Of a DNA stretch of 64,000 nucleotides, positions 13,648-23,559 are shown piece by piece. The DNA comes from Guillardia theta CCMP2712. Its lineage: Eukaryota; Protista; Cryptophyta. A program made the position numbers and the translations under genes. Below the pieces are notes generated by a model. That model worked only from the letters and a program-made list of their open reading frames with translations, was not told where the DNA came from and made no database searches. The stretch covers positions 219,901 through 283,900 of the forward strand of contig NW_005434632.1 of NCBI RefSeq assembly GCF_000315625.1. The letters run 5' to 3'. The first letter of the stretch is position 1. Each line of letters opens with the position of its first letter.

Positions 13648-14643
13648 ATGGAAGAGACGATGCAAGCATCAGGAGGCGACTCAAGACAGAAAGACAAAAG
13701 AGCCGTCATATCCGAAGAAATCGCTGTGGAGATCTTTGCAAAGAGAAAGATCTCCTTTAGTTCGAAGCAAAAATCGGCTCACAGCTCCCTGGTGGCCGCC
13801 CAGCATGGAGTTAGTCCTAAGTCCGTTCGAGATGTCTGGGATCGTCGAACTTGGGTAAAGGCTACTATGCCGTTGTGGACACCGGCGGAGGTGGAGCAGT
13901 ACGAGAAGAGTAACAAGCGTCCTCCTGGGCGGCCTCTAGGTAGGACTGACTCTAAACCAAGGAAGCCTCGATCAAGGGCTCAGACGGACATAAAGAAGAA
14001 CGTCAACGAAGTTCTCGCATCCGTCTCTTCAAAGAACAAGTTGAAGACCAAGAAAGGCTCGAGCTCGTCTTCACCTCTTGACCTGGCTTCGTCTTCGTCG
14101 TCCCCGTCTACGACATTCTCGATGGGCAGCGAAGACTCCAATTGTTCAATATCGAAGGATGGTTGCTCACAGCCATCACAGCAACACGATACTCGGGAGA
14201 ATTCATCCGTTTCCCCTCCGAACCTCTCTTCTTTTCAGATGCTTGTCTGCAAGTCTTTGGAGGCCTTGACTCAGGCCCAGACACAAGTCCACAACACGTG
14301 TTACCCTCTACCTACTCATGCAAACAAGCGCTCGAACCCTTGCGTCGACGAGCAGACCAGGCCTGGATGGGAAGAGCCAAATGCGCAGATAAAGCCTGCA
14401 ATCAAGATTGAGGGGTTGAGACCTTTGATGACGAGGATGCCAGCAACTTCGCTGCTGCCTACAAGCCTGCAAGGAGGACTAGCAGGGGGTCCATGTGCTA
14501 CAGCGCTATGGCAGCAGGCGGCGAGGATCAGGCTAGAAAGCCTTGCAGCCAGCAACTCTCTGCTGATGCTGAGACATAGACTCAACTCCTTTGAACAAAT
14601 AATGAAGGGGAGGGAGGGCGGACAGTTGGGCCCTACTCAATAA
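13648..14643 (+). CDS. Intronless putative DNA-binding protein (HTH-like plus AT-hook-like), paralog B
   Basis: 331-aa ORF sharing KDKRAVISEEIAVEIFAKRK..VRDVWDRRTWVKATMPLWTPAEVEQYEKSNKRPPGRPLG with paralog A; both also share a C-terminal ALW..A[ST]N[ST]LLML motif. Confidence 0.85.
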   Translation: MEETMQASGGDSRQKDKRAVISEEIAVEIFAKRKISFSSKQKSAHSSLVAAQHGVSPKSVRDVWDRRTWVKATMPLWTPAEVEQYEKSNKRPPGRPLGRTDSKPRKPRSRAQTDIKKNVNEVLASVSSKNKLKTKKGSSSSSPLDLASSSSSPSTTFSMGSEDSNCSISKDGCSQPSQQHDTRENSSVSPPNLSSFQMLVCKSLEALTQAQTQVHNTCYPLPTHANKRSNPCVDEQTRPGWEEPNAQIKPAIKIEGLRPLMTRMPATSLLPTSLQGGLAGGPCATALWQQAARIRLESLAASNSLLMLRHRLNSFEQIMKGREGGQLGPTQ

Positions 14644-15380
14644 AGTACGGTAGAAAGCAGGTAGGGGTCAAACTTAGGAATCATGAGTCATGGGTTTGAA
14701 GCGGTGTGCTGGCTGTATATAAACTGTTGATTTCACTGAGTCAACTTGCGGCAAGTTTCCTGCTGGCCGCGTCGGAGCCGGGACCGGCCGCCGGCCCAGC
14801 GCGCTGGCAGGCGTTAGTCATCCCAGTCCGAGTGTTGACGGCGTTGAACCAGCGGCGTTGAACCTGCGTTGAACCTGTCTCTTTACAGTGCTCTTCAGCT
14901 GCCAGCTCTTTCAAAGGTACTGAGTAGCTCTTTAGCTCACTGTGTGGTCGAAGCGGCGGGGATGAAGGCAAACAGTGGAAGGCAAACCAGGAGGCAACCT
15001 GGAAGCTGCGTGGACTGCTGCGTGGAAGCAGTGCGTGGAAGGCAAACCTCACGGTGTGGTCGAAGCGGGGATGAGGGCAAAGGGATCCGAGGCCGAGAGC
15101 AGCAGGATGCTTTGTTGGGAGGCAAGGGAACACAAGCAGCAGAGCAAAGCTAGAGGAGGCCGAGGAGAGGAGCTGTATCTCTGCATGCCATGATGTTGGA
15201 AGGTAGTGCAGTACGAGGCGGAAGGAGATGCGGGTCAGGAGGAGGCGGCGATTGGAACGAGGGGGAAGAGGAGGAGCGAAAGGAAGCAAAGGCAAGAAGG
15301 TGCAAGGACGAGGACGCGGAGGAGGAGCGGTTGTGGGGAAGGGACATCCCACATCACCCTAATGTTACATGTGATCAGCG

Positions 15381-17063
15381 ATGCAAACGCCTGCGTATCC
15401 TCCTCTCCCCGACGATCTCGTGTCGAAGCCCAAGTATGCAGGTCACTCACGAGCCTCGAGTTGACGTTGCTGAGGGAGACTTGTCCTACCAGTGATCGGA
15501 GGGTCTGGAGTGACAGTTGCAGGAGAGGAGAGGTTCTCCTTCAAGACCTCTCTGGGATGGGTGAGATGAAACCTGGAGCTGCCTCGGCCATGACGGGCTT
15601 TGCTCCCGCAGTTGGTCAACATCTCCTTTTTGGACCAGGAGAAGAGAGTTCTGTTTGTCAATCGTCATCTCTGCACGAGCTGGGATGAGGTACGTGGAAG
15701 GTTGCAAGGAGCGCTCCTAACGTGCTGCTCAGTCGGGGAAGGCGACATACGCCCCCCCGCACGTCGTCGACTTCCATGTCATTCTCTACGGGCTCAAGAA
15801 GCTGAACGTACGCGATGCTCCCTATTCTCTACGTGTATCTTGTCTGGAGAAAGACGGACTCTGTGCAGGTCAAAGGTGTCTGTGCCATCGGGTCGACTGG
15901 GTCCCTCCGTCCCAAGACGGTGCCATGCCTGCTTCCGTCCTGCTCCCCTCGTGAACATCAGCAGGTCCCCGTTGGCTCCATCGTCATGCCTGACGATTAC
16001 GCGTTTGTCCTTCCTGGCAAGAGAGCATCTCCCTCCTGACAGAGAGTCGTTGATGTCTCGTTTTCAGCTCCCGTCACCTTCTGGGGAAAGATTCCCATGG
16101 GCACATTCCAGGTGCTTGCGATCAACCGTAGCTGCCTCTGACGACTTTCTGCTGCAGCCATCGGGGGTTGAAGAAGGAAAGATTCATTTCGCTCCGGCCT
16201 CCAAGGTGTGATGACTTTGAGCATACGAGACGCGATGCATCTCTCAAGGACACAAGGATGATGCTGAGCCCCCATCAGGATGACAGCGATTGGGTCAACA
16301 TGCGTTCGTGGGTTCAGAAGGTGGCGATTTTCAACCTTGACCATGGCATGACATGAACTTTGCGGACAGGTTCTCGCTCCTGTTCTGAAAGAGCATCAAG
16401 GAAAGATCAAGATGGTGTGTGAGCTCGGGAGAGGATCAGAAACGTGTCTCTTGTCCTCAAAGACTGACTGCTCAACGAAAAAAGGCTGAGGGACAAGAGG
16501 AGAAGAACTGGCCGTCGGTGTTTGGTTGCGAAGTTGGAGTTGACGTGAAGGTTGCAAGTTCCGACTGAATGGTGTCAGTAGATTGACTTCGCACCTGCAG
16601 CTCTCTTACGTCCAGACTTGCGGCCCGAGGTTTGAGACCAGATCTGAGATCCAGGTGTTGTAAGCTTACCCGACTTCCACTCGAGAGTTTGAGAGTGCTT
16701 TCATGATTTTGTCAAGTCCCAGATGTTACGTTCTCTGCGTGTGACTTGCAAAATCCTGCAGACTTATGCTACACTGGGGCACATTGTTGGGATGACGTGC
16801 GCGTCGGAATGGACACTAGCGCAGGTTTGTTCCCCTTGCTCGTACTTCTCCCCATCATCTCCCTCCTCCCGTTTTGCCCTGCCATGAACATCGTCACTGT
16901 ACTGATACTGACATCACCTTGTATTGACTGAGTTGTGTATCACTTTGATTGTCAAGAAGCGACATTGACCTCGAACTCTGACTTCTTCTCTTCCTTCTTC
17001 TACTCCTCCTCTTTTTTGTCCCGCTCCCGCTTCCCCTCCTGCTCCTGCTCCTGCTCCTGCTCG

Positions 17064-17122
<59 letters not shown>

Positions 17123-17631
17123 TTGCCCGACTTTCTTTTCCTCATCTCCGCCTCTCACAGGAGCTCTGTCTGCCGTACGTCCTCGTGTGTGCGGTAGACA
17201 ACAGCGCCAACGGCCTGAGCCTCCACCCCGGGGGTCCCGTGCAGGAATATCTGGACCACAAGGGAGACATCGCTGAGGTCAGGAGAGGAAGAGAGGAGGA
17301 GAGGGGGAAGTGGAGGTGTAGAGGAGGAGAGAAGTAGAGGTGTAGAGGAGGGAGTCCAAGGATGGGTGGGGAGAGGGAAGGGCAGAGGAAGGAAAAGGGG
17401 TCAGGGAAGGAGGTGAAGGGGTAGGAGGTGGTTGGAATGGATTGGGGAGACAGAGGGGGGGGGAGATATGTTGGATGGAGCAGGAGAGATGCTGGAGCAG
17501 GAGGAGAAAGTGGAGTCTTGTTCGTCTCCAGTCTCTTCCCGGTGGAGGGTGACGATCTACAGGTGACGTCTAGCCTTGTCAAATGCCTTACGACAGGCCT
17601 GGGAGCTGGAGGGCCCGATGGAAAATGGTGA
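15381..17631 (+). CDS. MTAP/purine nucleoside phosphorylase family protein (methylthioadenosine/methylthioinosine phosphorylase-like), multi-exon
   Basis: Spliced motifs in family order: YAVIGGSG; VLFVNRH; YAPPHVVDFH; AIGSTGSL; VPVGSIVMPDDY; YVQTCGPRFETRSEI; GHIVGMTCASEWTLAQE; VCAVDNSANG. Ends GGPDGKW* at 17631. Start approximate. Confidence 0.9.
17038..17125. repeat. (CCTGCT)n hexanucleotide microsatellite in an intron
   Basis: ~14 copies visible. Confidence 0.9.
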
Positions 17632-17867
17632 GGAGGGAAATGACCGAGAGTTGAAGAGTGTGCTTGCTGGAGATCAAAGAGATGGTGCATTCAGCCTCGA
17701 TATCTTGTTGCGAGGAGAGTGTGTTAGAAACAAGGTTTGTTCACCACCGAACAAGTACAAGTGTTGATCAGAAAGGAAGTAAGGAACAAGTACAAGTGTT
17801 GATCAGAAAGGAAGTAAGTTCGGAGAGACATGCAGTCATCCTGCTATGAGTCGTTCCCTCTTCCCCG

Positions 17868-20800
17868 TCAACTCTCCTCAGCCGTCTCGATACCCTTGAG
17901 GCAGGAGGGCACGCGAAGGTTTTGATTCTTCAAGAACTTATAGAACCTGTAACTTTCTCACCCGAACAAGCCTGGTTGCTCTCCTCCCCCTCCTCCAGCA
18001 TCCCCCCCCTCCGTCTCCCTCTCTCTCTCTGGTTGTTCCCTTCCCTCTCTCCTCTCTCCCTCCCTCCTTTCATCTCTCTCCTGGCCCTTGCCTCCTCTGC
18101 TAAATCCTCTATCCTCCTCCACTCTCCTCCTCCCTGGCGTTGTCCTTGAATCCTCGACCTCCCTACAACTTCCCCTTGTCACTGCCTCCTCTCTCTCCCT
18201 CCCTCAGTTCTCTTCATCCACCCCTTACATCTTGCTTCCTGGAAGCTTTACAATCTCGTCCTGTGCCTGTACAAAAACATTACCTATCCCTCCCTCCTCC
18301 CTCCTCCCTCCTCCCTCTTCATTTCTTCCCCCCCCCTCCCTTCACCATCCTCCTCCTTCCCTCTCCCTTGTCCCTCACCTTCTCCATCAGGCTCATCAGT
18401 TTCTCCTCCTCCTTCCCCGTCATCTGCGGCATGCTTCCTGCATCGGCGACAACGTGAGGACAAGCAGGGGCGACGAGAAGAGGAAGAACAGCGAAGAGAG
18501 AGGGAGATAGGAGGAGGAGAGAGGGAGAGGGGAGGAGGAGGAGAGCGGAGAAGGTTAGATTCTTTGGATGCAGCAGAAACAGCTAGGATGCAGTCATGGA
18601 GGAGAAGAAGACGTGGACGAGACAAGGAGAGAAGAGGACCGTTTCTGCTCCTCGTCTGTCGCCGCCTTGCGTCCGTTACCATGTCCTTCCAGGAATCGAC
18701 CGGGACGTACCATGCTCCTGGGGGAGGATGAGAATAAAAGAGGGAAGATAGAGTGAGGAGAAAGGGGGAGGAGAGGGGGCGAGGGGAGATGCGAGAGGAA
18801 GGCAGCGAGGAGAGAAGAGGAGGAGGAAAGAAGCAGGAGAAAAACAAGAAGGAGGAAGAAGGACGAGAAAGGATGGAGAGGTTGAGGAGGAGGAGGAGGA
18901 CCGTAGTGAAGAGATCGATATCTAGGAGAGTCTTTCGGCACTCTGGGTATGACAGATCGAGAGCTGACAGGCAAAAATTTTCGATCCCACAAGTCCGGGA
19001 CCACCTGCTGCTAGTTACACCCTGTCTGACCTCCTCTTTTTCTCTTCCTCCTCCTACCCGCCGATCCTTGACAAACGATTCGTCCATGTCAGCTTCATGC
19101 CTGACGAGAGAATCAGAACCGGGTGAGGGGGTCATAGGAGGAAGAAGAAACGAAGCTCCTCGCAGCCCTCGAATGCAAGCAAGAGAAGTGGAAGAGAGAG
19201 TGCAGGAATAGCAACGAAAGAAGTAGTCAGGAGGAGGATGATATCAGGGACGACAATGAAGGCGGGAGATGCTGAGGCAGGAGGAGGAGGGTGGGGAGGG
19301 GGAGGAGGGGGAGTAGAAGGGGTAGGGAGAGAGGGGAAGAGGGGGAGGAGGGGGAGGGGGACCTGAGCTCGTTGGGGAGGTTTTCTGCGATTTTGACGCG
19401 AGTCGGAGCATGCCAGATGATAGGAGGGATGATGTCTTCGACTACACTTGAGCTTCAGCAGCAGCAGCAGCGACCGTTGCACCCTCCTTACCTCTTGGCT
19501 GCGGCGCTGACGAAGTTCGAGCTGGTAGGGCTGCAGTCACCTGTGGCTGGTAAGGGGAGGCAACACAGATCTCGCCTGTGCTCTACCTTCTCCTGTTGGT
19601 TCCCCTGCTCCCCTTGCTCGGCTTCCTCCTCCTCCTCCTCCTCCTCCTCCTCCTCCTCCTCCTCCTTTTCCTCTTGCGCAACTTTAACAGCGTTCTGCGG
19701 GGCATGCGGATCATATCGAGTTGAGGGGAAGCGAGGTTCATACCTGATGGCTTGCTGGAGTTTCTTGCTCCTCCACTCCACCCTGCCAGCAGGGACGGCG
19801 GTCAGCGACGAGGGACGAAAACGGCGGGGTGGCATGTTGGCAGCATGACGGAGGGAACAAAGGTTAGGAGAGGGAGGGTGGGGAAGGAGGTCAGGTGGAG
19901 GGGTCAGGTGACAACCCGCTGTATCTGCTGGAACTTGACGTACTGTTTCCTTAAATCTTCCGCGTCCAGCTCCATCAGCAGCCTGCGGGCAAGCAGCCGG
20001 TCGGAAACAAAACTTTCGCCTCCTCCCTCCTCCCTCACTTCTCGTAGTCCATGTCATCGTACATTCCGTCAAGTTCACGCTCGTCCAAGGTCTTGTCTTC
20101 CCGCTTCCTGAGCTCTCCGCAGTCACGCCACGAGCTCATGTGTGAAATCGCTTCTCACTGCAAGGGAATTGTTGTCCGGACATCTTTCAAGAACCTCCAT
20201 GTGACGCCCTGAACGACGTTATCAGGCACAAACAAAATCCAGCGCAGGGAACACAAAACAAAACAAAACAAAACAAACCTCAATAGGAGAAACAACAAAA
20301 CACAGCACAACAGAATCTGGGCAGTAGGAGCAACACAAGACAACAAAAACTCAAGATAGGTACAAGACTACCTGGATTGACTGCGATCGACTAGTTGAGG
20401 GAGGTCTGGAAAGGAAACTCATCAACAAACGAGTATCTCAGTAACGGACATCAAGACATGAAAAGATCTTTGAAGAGATTCTTACTTGATGGTTGTTTCA
20501 ACCCGAGGCGTTCTTCGTTGCCTGAGATGTGTGATGAGGGAGGGGATGGAGGAAGGGGAGGAAGGAAGGGAGGGAAGAGAGGGGAGGGAGGAAGGGAGAG
20601 ATGGAGAGAAGGGGAGGAAGGAAGGGAGGGAAGAGAGGGGAGGGAGGAAGGGAGAGATGGAGAGAAGGGAAGGGGAGGAAGGGAGGGAGGGAGAGAAGGC
20701 AAGGGAAGGGGGTCGAGAAGGGGAGGAGGTTTACCCAAATCTCTCCGTCTGCCATCCTTTCTTCTTGCCCTTCCTCGATGTGACCTCTGCAGGAGCATAT

Positions 20801-21366
20801 CACATGTCTGCCGCCTAAGGAAGGGAACCAAAGGGAGACAGCCACACGGGGAATAGTGGCAGAAATTGAGACGGATATGGAGGAGATTGTGGTGGTGGTG
20901 GTGGTGGTGGAGGAGGAGGAGGAGGAGGAGGAGGAGATGGAGATGAAGGATGACGACGAGGAGGAAGAGACGGAGACGACAGGAGGAGAGATAATGGGAC
21001 TGACAAACATCGAGACCAAAACTTCATCGCCTCATCACTCACCTTGATATCTAGAAGTCAGCCACACCTTGCTCTCCCCATACTTCCCCCCGAAGGAGCT
21101 AGCCAGCACCGGAGCATCAGGACATAGAGGAAGTGACAGCCTGCTGTACCTGAGGTTCTCGAAACCGTGTATCGGGGGAACGACAAACTTCCTTACGGCA
21201 TCTTGCTCCCCCTTCCTCCCGCGGGACAGCTGCATACAAGGACGTCAACATGCGCTGGGGCACAAGGAGGAGAACGAGGTACCGCGGGTGTGATCCCCGT
21301 TGCTGAAGGAAACTTGAAGGGATGGACTACGTGGGAAAATCCTTCTGCCTGTCGCTTTCCCGCCAT
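17868..21366 (-). CDS. Multi-exon hypothetical protein with FAM47-like C-terminus
   Basis: Spliced 3' exons read RYRSLHYG|AWYVPVDSWKDMV..KLMSLMEK|DEIVKLPGSKM|FYKFLKNQNLRVPSCLKGIETAEES*. Probable start MAGKRQAEGFSHVVHPFKFP. Internal exon phases not all resolved. Confidence 0.6.
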
Positions 21367-21699
21367 GTTTCATGCGACGATGCCACCGGTCTGTTATAAT
21401 CCCTGCCATGCAATTAACATGATGGTTTGGACGGACTAGCACGCTCTCTCTCCTGCCTTTCTTCCTTCCTGTCTTTGCCTTTCATCCTCCCCTCCACCAC
21501 TGTCAGTTTCCTTTCATCTCTACCTGTCACTTTTCTCCTCTTTCTCTCCCTCTCCCTCTCTCTGTCTCTGTCTCTGTCTCTCTGTCTCTGTCTCTGTCTC
21601 ACTCTGTCCTCTCCCTCCTTCCCTCGCTCGCTCGATCTTTACCAACCCCCCCCCCCTCCTCCCCATCGCTCACCAGTACTCTCTCTCTCTCTCATTCTC

Positions 21700-22000
21700 T
21701 CGCGCCGCAGTGAAAGTCCCAAAGTATTCTGGACTTGTACTCCCGAAGAAATTAACGGCCTGTCATATGGATCACCTGGAACATGCCATGACAACACCTG
21801 GCGCACACCAAGATCGCATAGATGGAAGTTATCAACAACATGATCAGGAACGCGTTTGAGAACAGGGACGATGGAGGAGCACAGGGAGTTAATGATCTGA
21901 AATCACATCGAGACGTCAGTACAGGCAACTCGCTTCCTGGTGGGCTCACGAGGCGAAGAGAAGCTAGTCTTCCGAAGAGGCGCATCACTCGGAAAGCCCT
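21700..22000 (-). CDS. Fragment of a voltage-gated cation channel (Ion_trans S4-S5-pore entry) beside an assembly gap
   Basis: RAFRVMRLFGRLASLRL|IINSLCSSIVPV(L)NAFLIMLLITSIYAIL|AVNFFGSTSPEYFGTFTAA; one extra base at ~21855 shifts the frame. Confidence 0.75.
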
Positions 22001-22078
22001 GGAGATAAACTTGAGATGAGGATTATGTGGTGTTGGAGGGGATTGTTGGATGACGATGAAAAAGGAGAACGTGTAGTC

Positions 22079-22178
22079 NNNNNNNNNNNNNNNNNNNNNN
22101 NNNNNNNNNNNNNNNNNNNNNNNNNNNNNNNNNNNNNNNNNNNNNNNNNNNNNNNNNNNNNNNNNNNNNNNNNNNNNN
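22079..22178. other. Assembly gap (100 N)
   Basis: N run. Confidence 1.
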
Positions 22179-22589
22179 CCCCCCCCCCTGCGCCCCCCCC
22201 CCCGAGTTTTTCATATATAGTTATTTTTTCATATATACCATCACTAAATATAAAATAATTAACACTCTGTTCCCTCTTTTTCTATCCCTCCATCTAACGA
22301 TCTCCGTGGCAGGGCCCCCCCCTCTTACCATCAATGGGGGGGGGGGGTTAAAATATTTTTTTCGTTCCCAGGAATTTTTGGTTGAATAGCTTTCCCCCCC
22401 CCCCCCTAAGCCCCCCCCCTATGCTCTGGGTCTCAGTCTCAGTACCGGTCCAGGTCCCGGTCTCAGTCTCTGTCTCGGTCTCGGTTTCCGCCTCCCCCCC
22501 CCCCCCCTCCGCCCCCTTCTTCTTCCCTAAACATTCTTGTCGGGTGAAACCATGATCTGGTTAGCACTCTGTGTGTCCAACGGCTTCCG

Positions 22590-23330
22590 TTAGCCCTGTA
22601 ACGCCCGGGGGCCACCCGGGCCCTGAGGCGGATCAAGTTGCCGTATGCCATGATCCCGGACATCGGAGATGATCTGAGTGACCGACTGATCCGAGTGGTG
22701 ACTCCGAGTGATCAGGCTGCTGCTGCTAGCCTTGCCCGGGCCGTATCAGGATAGGCTCAGATCACTGTACGGTCACGGGTGACTCAGTACACTGCCACGT
22801 AACTTACGCTAAACTTGAAATCCTCAGGGGCTGAGTCCCGGACGGACCGACCGTCACGGCGTACGGTGTTCCAAGTTCCGGCAAGCCTGTGAGTCCCCCC
22901 GTACTACCCGTATACTACGGAGTACGCCACGGCGGGCCGGGCAACTCACTGCCAGTGAGTCAGAGGGCACGGTTACTACTCAGAGTCGGCCAAACTGATG
23001 ATGCCATGCCACGGACGGTGACACGAGCATTAAAATCTTCACCGCCGGTGTATCCAGCGGACTCCTTCAAGCCTCCGTTACGTGACAGCTGAGTCCGGCG
23101 GCTCATTAGGCTTAGGGCGGGGCCGGCGGCCCGCCGGTACGGCGCGGCGTCGCAGTCACGGTGACGGCCCGGCGGGCCTGCGTCGGCGGCCGGGCCGCCG
23201 CACTGCACTGCAGTGCTGCGCGGCCCGCTCAGTTCAACGGTTAACGGTGACCGCACCGGCCCGGAGTCACTCCGACGCTTTACGTCACTAGTAGTACCGT
23301 ACCGTACGGTCAGACATGGTCCGTCATTCC
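22590..23330. other. GC/palindrome-rich intergenic island
   Basis: Dense CCGG, GGCC, GTAC, GATC, GAGTC/GACTC, CAGT/ACTG words; no credible protein. Confidence 0.6.
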
Positions 23331-23559
23331 AGAATTTGACCACATCCACCCTCTTACCCGGGGCTCATCCCCAACGACTTGGGTGATGGCGTGGAGAGGG
23401 AGCGGGCGAGGGGAGGGCGCGAAGAGAAGAGCGAGAGAAGAAGAATGCAGAGGAAGAGACATGCACATCTCTTCCTCTCAGCCAGCCGGATCCGCATGCA
23501 GGCAAAGCCGGGATGAGTGGATGAGCAGAGGAGGGAGAAGATCCCGCCGGGTCGAAGGG

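Noticed and set aside
16894-17276. SR-rich or CS-repeat proteins
   Set aside because: Translations of an intronic (CCTGCT)n microsatellite
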